DNA of 64,000 nt from an uncultured Verrucomicrobiae bacterium (GTDB lineage: Bacteria > Verrucomicrobiota > Verrucomicrobiia > Chthoniobacterales > Terrimicrobiaceae): contig CAVPOC010000008.1 in assembly GCA_963706955.1 (NCBI GenBank), positions 352,001-416,000 on the forward strand, written 5' to 3'. Shown one piece after another: positions 40,096-50,099 of the stretch (position 1 is its first letter; each line of letters starts with the position of its first letter). The notes beneath the pieces are model-generated. The model was not told the origin of the DNA. It ran no database searches and saw only the letters and a list, made by a program, of their open reading frames with translations. The translations under genes were made by a program, and so were the position numbers.

Positions 40096-43000
40096 GGCGG
40101 CAGCCGCAAAACGGATGACGGCGTTTCTCAAACCACTTTCATCTCCCACCGCCAGACTTTCCGCCGCGCGAATTTCGAAGGTGAGCCCGGCATCATTGAC
40201 AATCTCGATGATCAGCGGCCTCTTGCCAGGAAATCGCCGAACAGCGTCGAGAATATCGGGGAGAACCCCTTCCGTGAGTTTTCCGCGGGCAAGTCGTAGA
40301 CGAACAGGCTTTAGGGAGGCTTTAGGCTTCAACGCCGCCAAGGAATTGATGATGGCCCGAACGCTGTCGTCGCGACGGGTAAGTCGAGCGGCAACCGAAA
40401 TCACGGCGCCAGGGTTCAGCAGAGAGCCCTTGTCTGCAAAAACTTCATCCCACGCGGTTAACTCCATCTGGCCGGAAAAGTCCTCCAGCACGATCACGCC
40501 AAACGGCTTGCCATCCTTCTTGGTGAACTTCTTTTCAACCGAACAAACGATGCCAGCGAGCCTGACCGTAGAAGATTCCTCGATCCGCTGCGCGGCGGAG
40601 ATGGTCGTAATCTTTGGACTATCGAAATGTCCTGAATAAACCTCCAGCGGATGGCCGGTGAGATAGAACCCCAGTAACTCCCGCTCGTAGGCGAGCATCT
40701 CGTTTCGCGGCCAAGGTTCTACGGTGGCCACCGGAGCTGCCGACCGATGGATGCCGTGCAGTTCTTCAAACAATGCTCCCTGCCCACTGGCTCGATCTCG
40801 CTGCAGACCCGCGGCGTGCAACATCGCCCTATCCAGATCCGCAAACAGCGCGGCGCGAGACTTCCCGAAGCAATCAAAGGCGCCACATTTGACGAGACTC
40901 TCCAAGATTTTTCTGTTCACAGTGCGCCCGTCAAGTCGTGCGCAAAAATCTTCGAGGGATCGGAAGAATCCCAACTTGTCGCGCTCTTCGATCACCGAAC
41001 GCATGGCGCCGGAGCCAACGTTCTTAATTGAGGCCAGTCCAAATCGAATGGCCATCCCTTGACCGAGCGGCTCCGGGGTGAAGTGCAGGCTGCTGGAATT
41101 GACATCCGGCGCCAGAATTTTGAGCCCCATGCGGGAGCACTCTGCGATAATCTCGGCCAGCCGATCGGTAGTTGATGCGTCATGGGTGAGCAGCGCCGCC
41201 ATGAATTCAACCGGATAGTGCGCCTTGAGGTAGGCAGTTTGATACGAAACCCATCCGTAGGCGGCGCTGTGTGACTTGTTGAAGCCATATTCGGCAAAGC
41301 GCGCGATGAAATCGAAAATAGCATTGGCGGTCGCTTCGGCTATGCCATTGACCCGCGCGCAACCTTTCACAAAGCGGTCGCGTTCCTTGGCCATCTTATC
41401 CCGGTCTTTCTTGCCCATGGCCCGCCGCAATAAATCGGCCTCACCAAGCGAATACCCGGCCAGCACGTTGGCTGCGCGTTGCACCTGTTCCTGATAAACC
41501 ATGATTCCGTAGGTTTCAGCGCAGACCTGCTCCAGAAGCGGGTGGGCATACTCGATACTCTTCAGGCCCTTCTTGCGGGCGATGTAATCGTCGATGAACT
41601 TCATCGGTCCCGGTCGATAGAGAGCTCCGATGGCAATGATGTCCTCAATGCACCCCACATCGAAGCGTCTGCAGCAACTGGTGATGCCGCCGCCTTCCAT
41701 TTGGAAGATTCCAAGCGTCTCGCCGCGGTTGTAGATATCGAAAGCAGCCAGGTCGTCGATAGGAATTGCTGCCAGGTCGAATCCTGGATTCGCTTCTCGG
41801 ATTCGTTGAACCGTCTCTTCAAGCACGGTGAGTGTTTTTAGTCCGAGGAAATCCATCTTGAGCATGCCGAGCTCAGTGAGAGCGTTCATCTGGTACTGCG
41901 TGATGACTTCGTTGTCCTTCCCGCGGCACAACGGGATGTACTCATCCAAAGGCCGATCACCAATGACCACCCCGGCCGCGTGAATCCCCGTGTTACGGCT
42001 CAGCCCTTCGAGGACGAGGGCGTAGTCCCAGAGTTGGCGGGTCGCTGGCTCGTTCTCCAGTGCCGAGCGGAGATCGGGATTCTTCTGCGCGGCGCTCGCG
42101 AGAGTCATATTCAACTCATTGGGGATCATCTTTGCCAGACGATCGGCGTCCGTGTAACTCCATCCAAGCACTCGGCCGACGTCGCGCACGACACTCTTGG
42201 CACCGAGGGTTCCAAAGGTGACAATCTGCGATACACACCGCTCGCCATATTTGCGGCGGACATAGTCGATCACTTCGCCGCGTCGCTCCATGCAGAAGTC
42301 CACATCGATATCCGGCGGGCTGATACGCTCAGGATTAAGAAAACGCTCGAAAATCAATCCATAACGGAGCGGATCGATGTCGGTGATGCCGAGGACAAAC
42401 GCGATCAACGAGCCCGCGGCAGAACCTCGTCCAGGCCCCACGGGAATTCCCCTCTGCCGAGCATAGCTAATAAAGTCCCAGACAATCAGAAAGTAACTGA
42501 CAAAGCCGGTCTTCTCGATGATGGAAATTTCGTACTCGAGGCGCTGACGAAGCTCGGCGTCAGATTCGGCCCTCGCACCATAGCGTTCGGCGAGGCCGCG
42601 CCAGCAAAGCTCGCGGAAAAATTTTTCCCGGGAAACTCCTGCGGGCACTTCAAAGGCAGGATATTTCGGCTGATCAAACTCGAGCTTCAGTTCACAACGC
42701 TCGGCGATCCGCAGGGTATTGCTCGAGGGCGTTCGGAAATTCGGAGAACAACGCGGCCATCTCCTCACCGGACTTGAAATAGAGCTCCGGAGCATATCGC
42801 ATCCGTTTCTCATCCAAGACCATCGCGCCGGTCCCGATGCAGAGCATCACGTCATGGGCTTCGTGATGCTCACGCTCGAGGAAATGGACGTCATTTGCCG
42901 CGACGAGATCAAGGCCCAAATCGCCTGCAATTCGCACCAGCCCGGGATTGCACCGCCGCTCTGCTTCGAGACCGTGATCGTGCAACTCGATGAAGAAATT

Positions 43001-43516
43001 CTCTCTTCCCAGCATCTCACGATATTCGCCCGCGACGCGTTTCGCTCCTGCAAAATCGCCTGAAAGAAGCTTGCTGTTGATCTCGCCCTTGAGGCAACCA
43101 CTCAACGCAATCAAACCGCCTGAGTGGATCGCCAGCAGATCCTTGTCGATGCGCGGCTTGTAGTAAAAGCCCTCCAGATGCGCGGCGGTGACAAGTTTGA
43201 CAAGATTGCGGTAGCCAGCCGCATCGGTCGCCAGCAACGTTAAATGAAAGGCGGCCTCCTTGCCGGTCGAGGCGTTGCGCTCGCGCAGAGAATTCGGCGC
43301 CACGTAGGCTTCGCACCCAATGATTGGTCGAATCCCGGCACGCTGAGCAGCCAGGTAAAACTCAATCGCGCCGTAAAGATTGCCGTGATCCGTTATTGCT
43401 ACTGCGGGCATCCCACAGGCGGCGGCCTTGGCAACGAGGTCCTTTGTGCGGATTGCGCCGTCCAGGAGCGAATACTCCGTGTGACAATGCAGATGGACAA
43501 AAGGGACCGCAGCCAT
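40093..43516 (-). CDS. dnaE: DNA polymerase III alpha subunit (one extra base near 42721)
   Basis: HLHCHTEYSLLDG PHP domain, GRGSAAGS, PDIDVDF, KMDFLGL, YGFNKSH and a C-terminal OB fold. Confidence 0.97.
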
Positions 43517-43688
43517 CGAACCAGTCTAAAGCAGGTGGCTTATGCGAGTATAAGAAATTCTCTCGCTGATTGAACGAGTTGTCGGGACCCTTGGCACCAG
43601 CATACCTCCAAATTCGCCGAATTCATCAGCGCAGGACCCTAATACACGTGGAGAGACCTCCTCCCGAGCACGGCGCAAGCTTTCCCGC

Positions 43689-44018
43689 CTACGCCAAAGC
43701 TTCCAGCCGGCGGACGATCTCCGCTTTTCCGAGAACACCCACCGTCTGGTCGCGCTTTACCCCGCCCTTGAAGAAAAGCAGCGTAGGAATGCTGCGAATC
43801 CCAAACTTCTCAGAAACGGCAGGCGATTCGTCGACATTGACTTTGGTGACTTTGAACTTGCCGGCGTTCTCTCCGGCAATCTCCTCGACAACCGGCGAAA
43901 GCATGCGGCAGGGCGCGCACCAAGGAGCCCAAAAATCGACCAGCAACGGTTCAGATGCACCCGAGACGACAGTGTCGAAATTCGAATCGTTCAACTCTAC
44001 GACGTTTTCACTAGCCAT
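43689..44018 (-). CDS. trxA: Thioredoxin
   Basis: VDFWAPWCAPC and IRSIPTL. Confidence 0.93.
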   Translation of the reverse strand: MASENVVELNDSNFDTVVSGASEPLLVDFWAPWCAPCRMLSPVVEEIAGENAGKFKVTKVNVDESPAVSEKFGIRSIPTLLFFKGGVKRDQTVGVLGKAEIVRRLEALA

Positions 44019-44099
44019 AAGGATGGAAAAATAGCAGAGGCTTGCTGAAAAGCGAGCCCAACACCCGCCTGCCATGGGCACGAAACCCCAGGAGCAAGC

Positions 44100-44906
44100 T
44101 TATTCCAGAATCATCCAGAGCTGGATCGCAACCGCTGCCGCCGAAGCAAGTAAAGCCAAAAGGCCCACACCGATGCCCACCGAAGGCTCAGCTTGAATTT
44201 GAGGCGCCACAGTGATCGCAGAACTCGTCGAAGCCGACTTCGAGGCCGGAACGGCAGCGACGGATGCGCCAGGCTTTTTCTGCAAGTGGACTGATGCCTG
44301 AGGTAACGGCCTCGAACCCGCGGCGCTCGGCGGGACCTTCGCCGTCTCCTTTTTAGGCTCAGAAGTAAGAGGCGGAGGCGCAGCTGCGACCGACGGCGCC
44401 TTTCCCAGGCCTGTCGGCGGTATCGTTGCGGATGGAATATTGAGGCCGGGAGGTTTCGGGGCGAGTGGAGCCGCACTGGCGAGTGAAGCCGGTCTGGCCG
44501 TCGCCGGAGGAGGCGGAACGTTCGCGACCGCAGGCGGCTTCGGGATTGACACGCTCCCTGGCATTCCCGGCGGCGGAGGGGGCGGTGAACTCACGGCGCC
44601 AGCAACGCCGGCGCCCGCGGCCGAGGACGGACCGGGCACAGGTGGCACGACCCCCGGAATCGACGGAGGCTTCGGCGGAATAGGCGGCGTCAGCGTTTGA
44701 CCACCAACCGGAGAAAGTGCCGGCGGCTTTGGGATCGAGGGTGCCACCTGCGATGGCGGCTGCGTTGAAATGGATCCCGGGGGTTTCTGAACCGGCTTGG
44801 GGGGCAAATTTATCATCGCGGTCTCCCGCGAACCTGAGGAAAGCGGTTGACCATCTCGGCGCGGGGGGAGAACGATGCGCACAGTTTCCTTCTTGGGCTC
44901 AGACAT
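44100..44906 (-). CDS. Pro-rich low-complexity protein with repeated (K/R)ETxxI/V motifs and C-terminal TM anchor
   Basis: PKKETVRIVLPP, RETAMINLPP and PKKETAKVPP, with a hydrophobic C-terminus. Confidence 0.75.
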   Translation of the reverse strand: MSEPKKETVRIVLPPRRDGQPLSSGSRETAMINLPPKPVQKPPGSISTQPPSQVAPSIPKPPALSPVGGQTLTPPIPPKPPSIPGVVPPVPGPSSAAGAGVAGAVSSPPPPPPGMPGSVSIPKPPAVANVPPPPATARPASLASAAPLAPKPPGLNIPSATIPPTGLGKAPSVAAAPPPLTSEPKKETAKVPPSAAGSRPLPQASVHLQKKPGASVAAVPASKSASTSSAITVAPQIQAEPSVGIGVGLLALLASAAAVAIQLWMILE

Positions 44907-45006
44907 AGCATTTCATGAGTTAGGACGCGGCACGGGCGCTTCAAGACGCTCACAGATCGGCTGTGTGCTGTCAAACCGAATTAGTACCAAACGGGGACCT
45001 ATCGTC

Positions 45007-47178
45007 TCAAAGCGGCTCTTTTGGGATGCTGGCAGTTTTGGTGCGATTTCCCAGATCGATCAGGTCGCGCATGATGCGAAGGGCTTCATTGCGGATGGCA
45101 TCAGGCTCAGAGCCTTGCTTCTTGCCGTCGTCGTCTTCGTCGGGCGTCTCAAGCATATTTTTTTCTTGCTTACGATCGAAGGCGACCGGCCGCAATTTTG
45201 GCGCGCTGAGATCATCCAGGGTAAGCTCGAAAGCGTGGACGTCGAGGGCAGGACCGCGTGATTGCCTCTCCTTTTCCCGGAGTTCTTTTCGCTTCTTATC
45301 GTCGGCGAGTTCGTTGCGGCGCGCTTTCTCGTTCAAAGACATCACGTTTTCTTTGATCTTCTCGCGAACACGACTCATGTCTTCGATGGTGTAACGAAAC
45401 TCGTAATCGCCAACAATCCGCTGTGCGGAGCGCGCCCTGAGCTCGTCAAGGAAGAGCGGAGTTGCCGCCATCGAATCAACGATCTTGACTGGAGCGACTT
45501 CATCGTAGGCCAGCCTGTTCTTCAGCGAACCTTCGCCAATTTCAGAATTATCGGTCAACGATGGCAGGACGATGTCAGATTCCACGCCCTTGAGCTGAGT
45601 CGAGCCTCCTCGCACCCGATAAAATTTTTGAATCGTCAATTTGAGCGCTCCGGCATCGGCGGTTCCGAGGCTGAACGGCGACATCAAGCGCCCAAGGTCG
45701 AGAACTGTCTGGACGGTTCCTTTTCCGAAGCTGCGCTCATCACCAACGATAACGGCTCGGCCGTAATCCTGAAGGGCCGCGGCGAAGATCTCACTCGCGG
45801 ACGCGCTCAAGCGGTTCACCAACACAATCAGGGGACCATTGTAAACCAACTCGGGATTGGTGTCTTGAGAGACAGTGATCTTGCCGTTGGAATCCTTGGC
45901 CTGCACCACTGGTCCTCGTGGGATGAAAAGTCCAGTCAGGTTAATCGCCTCTTCGAGCGAGCCTCCGCCGTCACGACGCAGATCGATGACGAGGCCCTGG
46001 ATTCCTTCGCGCTTGAGGCGGGAGATCAGAGCAGCCACATCCTCGGTCGTGCTCTTCGGAGCTCCGCGGTTCTCCATGTTTGCATAGAACGAGGGCAGCG
46101 TGATCCAACCGATACGAACCGGAGTTCCGCTTTGACCGTCGAGGTCGAGCACCTCGGCCTTCGCCTCCTGATCTTTCAGCTTCACCTCGTCGCGGCGGAT
46201 TTCGATGATCTTGCGCTTGGAGGGATCGGTGGCGTCGCCAGGTATTACCAGGAGACGAACCAAAGTCCCCTTCTTGCCACGAATCTTTTCGACCACTTTG
46301 TCGAGCTTCATGTCGACAACGTCCTCGAACTCCGCCTCTCCTTGGGCGACCGCAGCGATTCGATCGTTGACGGTCAAACGTCCATCACGATCGGCCGGCC
46401 CGCCAGGAACAACTTCCTTCACTTTGGCATAGCCGTCCTCCGAAGAAAGGACGGCTCCCACGCCCACCAGCGAGAGCTTCATGGAGATTTGGAAGTTCTC
46501 GAGATCCGATGGGCTGAGGTACTCGGAATGAGGGTCGTACGTCTGTGCCAAGGCGCTGAGGAAAGTCTTCACGACGTCGTCTTCCTCCATTTCCCGCACG
46601 TTGCGCAGCACCTGCTCGTAGCGGCGTGTCACGGTCTCTTGCGGCGGACGCAGCTTGAGTTCCGCGAGGTCTTCCTTAAGGAGTTCGGCTTCGATGCGGT
46701 CCTGCCAGATTCGATCAGCCTCTTCCTGGTTCTTTGGCCAAGGCGCGTTCTGCCGATTGATCTCAACCGTGCGATTGCTGTCGAACGTGTACTTCTTCTG
46801 AGTCAACTTTTTGTTCTTGGTGACACGCTCTTCCACCCGTTGCTTGAAGCGGACAAAGATCTCGCGCGCCGGACCCAGATCGCCGCGCAAAACGCTGTCG
46901 CCGAGAGTGGAGGCATACTTGTTCTCGAATTCCTCGACATCCTTCTGGGTGAAATAGAGCTTGTTGTAATCCAGGGTCGTCAAATAGGTCTGCAAAAACC
47001 TCGCTGACATCTTCTCGTCGAGTTTCTCCCGAGTGTAGTGGCCCTGCTCTAGCCAACGCGCAACGGAGATGGCTACCTGACCAGGCTCGACAGAACTGCG
47101 GGCAAACAGAGATAGCGGAATGAGCCCTACCAAGGCGATGCATCCCGAACAACAAAATCGTGATAGAGCGCGCTTCAT
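45007..47178 (-). CDS. prc: Tail-specific (carboxy-terminal) protease Prc/Tsp
   Basis: YDPHSEY, PDZ, DLRRDGGGSL, SASASEIFA, FGKGTVQ and STQLKGV. Confidence 0.93.
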   Translation of the reverse strand: MKRALSRFCCSGCIALVGLIPLSLFARSSVEPGQVAISVARWLEQGHYTREKLDEKMSARFLQTYLTTLDYNKLYFTQKDVEEFENKYASTLGDSVLRGDLGPAREIFVRFKQRVEERVTKNKKLTQKKYTFDSNRTVEINRQNAPWPKNQEEADRIWQDRIEAELLKEDLAELKLRPPQETVTRRYEQVLRNVREMEEDDVVKTFLSALAQTYDPHSEYLSPSDLENFQISMKLSLVGVGAVLSSEDGYAKVKEVVPGGPADRDGRLTVNDRIAAVAQGEAEFEDVVDMKLDKVVEKIRGKKGTLVRLLVIPGDATDPSKRKIIEIRRDEVKLKDQEAKAEVLDLDGQSGTPVRIGWITLPSFYANMENRGAPKSTTEDVAALISRLKREGIQGLVIDLRRDGGGSLEEAINLTGLFIPRGPVVQAKDSNGKITVSQDTNPELVYNGPLIVLVNRLSASASEIFAAALQDYGRAVIVGDERSFGKGTVQTVLDLGRLMSPFSLGTADAGALKLTIQKFYRVRGGSTQLKGVESDIVLPSLTDNSEIGEGSLKNRLAYDEVAPVKIVDSMAATPLFLDELRARSAQRIVGDYEFRYTIEDMSRVREKIKENVMSLNEKARRNELADDKKRKELREKERQSRGPALDVHAFELTLDDLSAPKLRPVAFDRKQEKNMLETPDEDDDGKKQGSEPDAIRNEALRIMRDLIDLGNRTKTASIPKEPL

Positions 47179-47255
47179 GAAATGGTAAACGTCAAAAACT
47201 TGCAGACAGACTCCCGAAAATCAAACCTGGACATCATTTCTCTGACCATTTTCTC

Positions 47256-47867
47256 ATGAATCGGTTCAAAAGCTTCACCGGGGGTGTCTTCGACACCAAT
47301 TGCTTCTACTACCAGGCTCCAGAAGGCGGAATTCTTTTCGATGCGCCACAGGGCGCCGATTCTGCTTTCGCCAGCGAGCAGGTCGACTTGCTCCTGCTTA
47401 CCCACGGACATTTCGATCATGTCGTCGATGGCGCAGCAGTAATCAAGCGTCACGGCTGCCAGACCGCTTTCCATCCGGATACCGCCCCCATGGTCAACGA
47501 TCCTGAATTTTTTCGCCAATGGGGATTCGAGTTCGAGATTGAACCATTCACCGCCGACTTCTTTCTCGACGAAGGGGAACCTACCAAACTTCTCGGAGCG
47601 GCCATGCGCATCTACCATATTCCTGGGCACTGTCCTGGCAGTTTATGCTTTCACCTTCTCGATGAGAACGTTGTCATCGGCGGCGATGTGCTCTTCCGCG
47701 AAGGAATAGGCCGTTGGGACCTACCCGGAGGCGATGGGGATCTACTTCTCGCCGGCATTCGCCAGAAGCTGTTTCCCCTCGACGACGCAATCACTGTGCT
47801 TCCCGGGCATGGGCCACCAACGACAATCGGCTGGGAGCGCCGGAACAATCCTTTTCTCGTCGATTGA
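47256..47867 (+). CDS. MBL-fold metallo-hydrolase (glyoxalase II-like)
   Basis: THGHFDH, PGHCPGS, GDVLF and PGHG. Confidence 0.93.
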   Translation: MNRFKSFTGGVFDTNCFYYQAPEGGILFDAPQGADSAFASEQVDLLLLTHGHFDHVVDGAAVIKRHGCQTAFHPDTAPMVNDPEFFRQWGFEFEIEPFTADFFLDEGEPTKLLGAAMRIYHIPGHCPGSLCFHLLDENVVIGGDVLFREGIGRWDLPGGDGDLLLAGIRQKLFPLDDAITVLPGHGPPTTIGWERRNNPFLVD

Positions 47868-47940
47868 AAGGAATCTTTGCTCGACAGAAAAAGGGAGCGG
47901 TTCTACGTTTTTTTCTGTTTTCGTTTCCCTATAATTGTTC

Positions 47941-49227
47941 ATGCCACGCTATACATACGTTGCCCTTGATGCGCGCGGCCAGGAAGCTTCTGGAGTGATC
48001 GAGGCTGAGTCACAGAATGACGCGGTGGGGCAATTACGCCAAGCGGGTTATTTCCCAAAGGCGATTGCTGAGGAGGGCAAAGGGGGTAAAGCTGCGAAGG
48101 CGTTGAAAGCGGCCACACGGCAGCCTCCTGCTGCCAAGAAGCCAACCAGCGTATCGATTCCATTTTTCGAACGTAAGACGGTCAAGGGGAAGACCCTGAT
48201 GATTTTCACGCGTCAGTTGGCCACTCTGATCGACGCTGGTCTTCCCCTCCTGCGCGGTCTGACGGTTCTGGCAAAACAGGAGCCCGATCCGGTGCTGCGC
48301 AAGGTCATTGTTAATCTCGCGGAAACGGTGCAGGGAGGTGGAACCTTCTCCGAGAGTCTGGCTGGTCATCCCCGGATCTTCAGCAAGCTCTACGTCAATA
48401 TGGTCAAGGCCGGCGAACTTGGAGGCGTGCTCGAGCTGGTTCTCTTACGGCTGGCAGAGTTCCAAGAGAAGGCCCAAAAGATAAAGAACAAGGTCGTTTC
48501 CGCCATGTTCTACCCGATCATCGTGCTCTTGATCGCCATTTTGATCATGGGTTTCTTACTCGTATTCATCGTGCCGAAGTTTGAGGCAATCTTTGCAGAC
48601 ATGCTTGGAGGTAAGCCGCTGCCGGCGCTCACCCAGTTTGTCATCGGCGCCAGCACCTTCGTAAAGAGCAACATTTTGGTCATTATTGGAGCGATCATCG
48701 GGATCACGCTTCTCCTTAAGCTGGTTGCGAAGACGAGGAAGGGTGCCTTTGTCCTGGATAACTTCAAGCTAAGGATGCCGCTTTTCGGCAATCTGACACG
48801 CAAGAGCTCGATTTCGCGGTTCAGCCGCACGCTGGGAACGCTCGTCACCAGCGGCGTTCCAATTCTCCAGGCCCTCAACATCACCCGGGAAACCGCCGGA
48901 AACTCGGTTGTCGCCAACGCGATCACCAAGGTGCACGACAGCGTCAAAGAGGGCGAGTCGATTGTCCATCCACTTGAGGTCAGCGGCGTGTTCCCACCCA
49001 TGGTGATAAGCATGATTGATGTCGGCGAAGAGACCGGACAGCTTCCCGAGATGCTCTTGAAGATAGCCGAAGTCTACGACGACGAGGTCGATAATGCGGT
49101 CGCGGGGCTCACTTCATTGCTCGAACCGATCATGATCGTGTTCCTCGCCGTCGTCGTTGGCACCATCGTCATCGCGTTGTTCCTGCCGCTCATCAGCATT
49201 ATCAGCGGCATGCAACAGCAAACGTAG
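47941..49227 (+). CDS. Type II secretion / type IV pilus platform protein (GspF/PilC family)
   Basis: FTRQLATLIDAGLPL, AGELGG, GEETGQL and LEPIMIV. Confidence 0.95.
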   Translation: MPRYTYVALDARGQEASGVIEAESQNDAVGQLRQAGYFPKAIAEEGKGGKAAKALKAATRQPPAAKKPTSVSIPFFERKTVKGKTLMIFTRQLATLIDAGLPLLRGLTVLAKQEPDPVLRKVIVNLAETVQGGGTFSESLAGHPRIFSKLYVNMVKAGELGGVLELVLLRLAEFQEKAQKIKNKVVSAMFYPIIVLLIAILIMGFLLVFIVPKFEAIFADMLGGKPLPALTQFVIGASTFVKSNILVIIGAIIGITLLLKLVAKTRKGAFVLDNFKLRMPLFGNLTRKSSISRFSRTLGTLVTSGVPILQALNITRETAGNSVVANAITKVHDSVKEGESIVHPLEVSGVFPPMVISMIDVGEETGQLPEMLLKIAEVYDDEVDNAVAGLTSLLEPIMIVFLAVVVGTIVIALFLPLISIISGMQQQT

Positions 49228-49230
49228 TTC

Positions 49231-49692
49231 ATGAATCGCGCTTCTGTGGCGATGGGCGGTTTCACCATTCTGGAGCTGATCATCGTTATTGCCATCATCG
49301 CCATTCTCGCCAGTTTGATCCTCAACACTGCAGGATATATTCAAAAGAAAGGTGCCTCATCCCGAGCCGAGACGGAAATTGCGGCACTGACTGTTGCGCT
49401 CGAGAATTATAAGGCGGACAATGGCGACTATCCGCACGGAACGAACACGAACGGATTCGCCGCGCCCTCGAGCAACACCTTTCTGTTAACGAGCTTGATG
49501 CCAACGAACGGCAAGGTCTATTTCGAGTTTAACAAATCGATGACGAATGCCGGCGGCAACGTCGTGGACCCATTCGGTGAGAGCTACGGATATCAATACC
49601 CTGGGGATGCAAATCGTAGCGGCACCAATTTTTTCGATCTGTTCTCGCGCTGCGCATCCTCGGATACCAACCAATGGAAGGCTAACTGGTAG
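49231..49692 (+). CDS. Prepilin-type pseudopilin (GspG-like)
   Basis: GFTILELIIVIAII cleavage/methylation motif, ALENYKADNGDYP and DPFG. Confidence 0.9.
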   Translation: MNRASVAMGGFTILELIIVIAIIAILASLILNTAGYIQKKGASSRAETEIAALTVALENYKADNGDYPHGTNTNGFAAPSSNTFLLTSLMPTNGKVYFEFNKSMTNAGGNVVDPFGESYGYQYPGDANRSGTNFFDLFSRCASSDTNQWKANW

Positions 49693-50099
49693 CTATGCCG
49701 CGGTGCCGAATCGCCACCATTGATCTCGCCGCCGTCAAGGCCTGTTAACTGTTAATCGAGCCTCTGTATGGTTGCTGTTACGGCAGGTGTCCCCATCGCC
49801 GGGGAGCCGCCCACGACCGTGGGGACGCGGTCGCGACAATTGTTCGGCGCAACATATTCTTGTAATTCTCTAGCGCACGGCGGGCCTGCTATTAGCCCGG
49901 AGCAGCGCTCCAAAGGGACGTCGTGCCAGGAGAGACCAGAGCTTTGAAAGCGCGTTAAAGACAGCCCGCCTTGATCCAGACCCAACGACGCCCTCTGCCC
50001 AAGGGCAAAGGCGCTTCGACTCTCTCATTGTTCACAAGTTTCTTTCACTACTTGCCGTAACGGCTAAGAGGTGATGGTTCGAAATCCACGCCGCTTAGC

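Noticed and set aside
42692..42813. Naturally split dnaE (intein or programmed frameshift)
   Set aside because: No intein motifs or slippery sequence. A single-base deletion restores ALENTLRIAE.
45262..47007. 581-aa plus-strand ORF (and similar ones at 10286-11368 and 14032-15006)
   Set aside because: These are antisense shadows of well-supported genes in GC-rich DNA.
50063..50099. ggttcgaaatcc as a tRNA T-arm or riboswitch before the lactate permease
   Set aside because: No cloverleaf, CCA end or riboswitch consensus; only a modest stem-loop.
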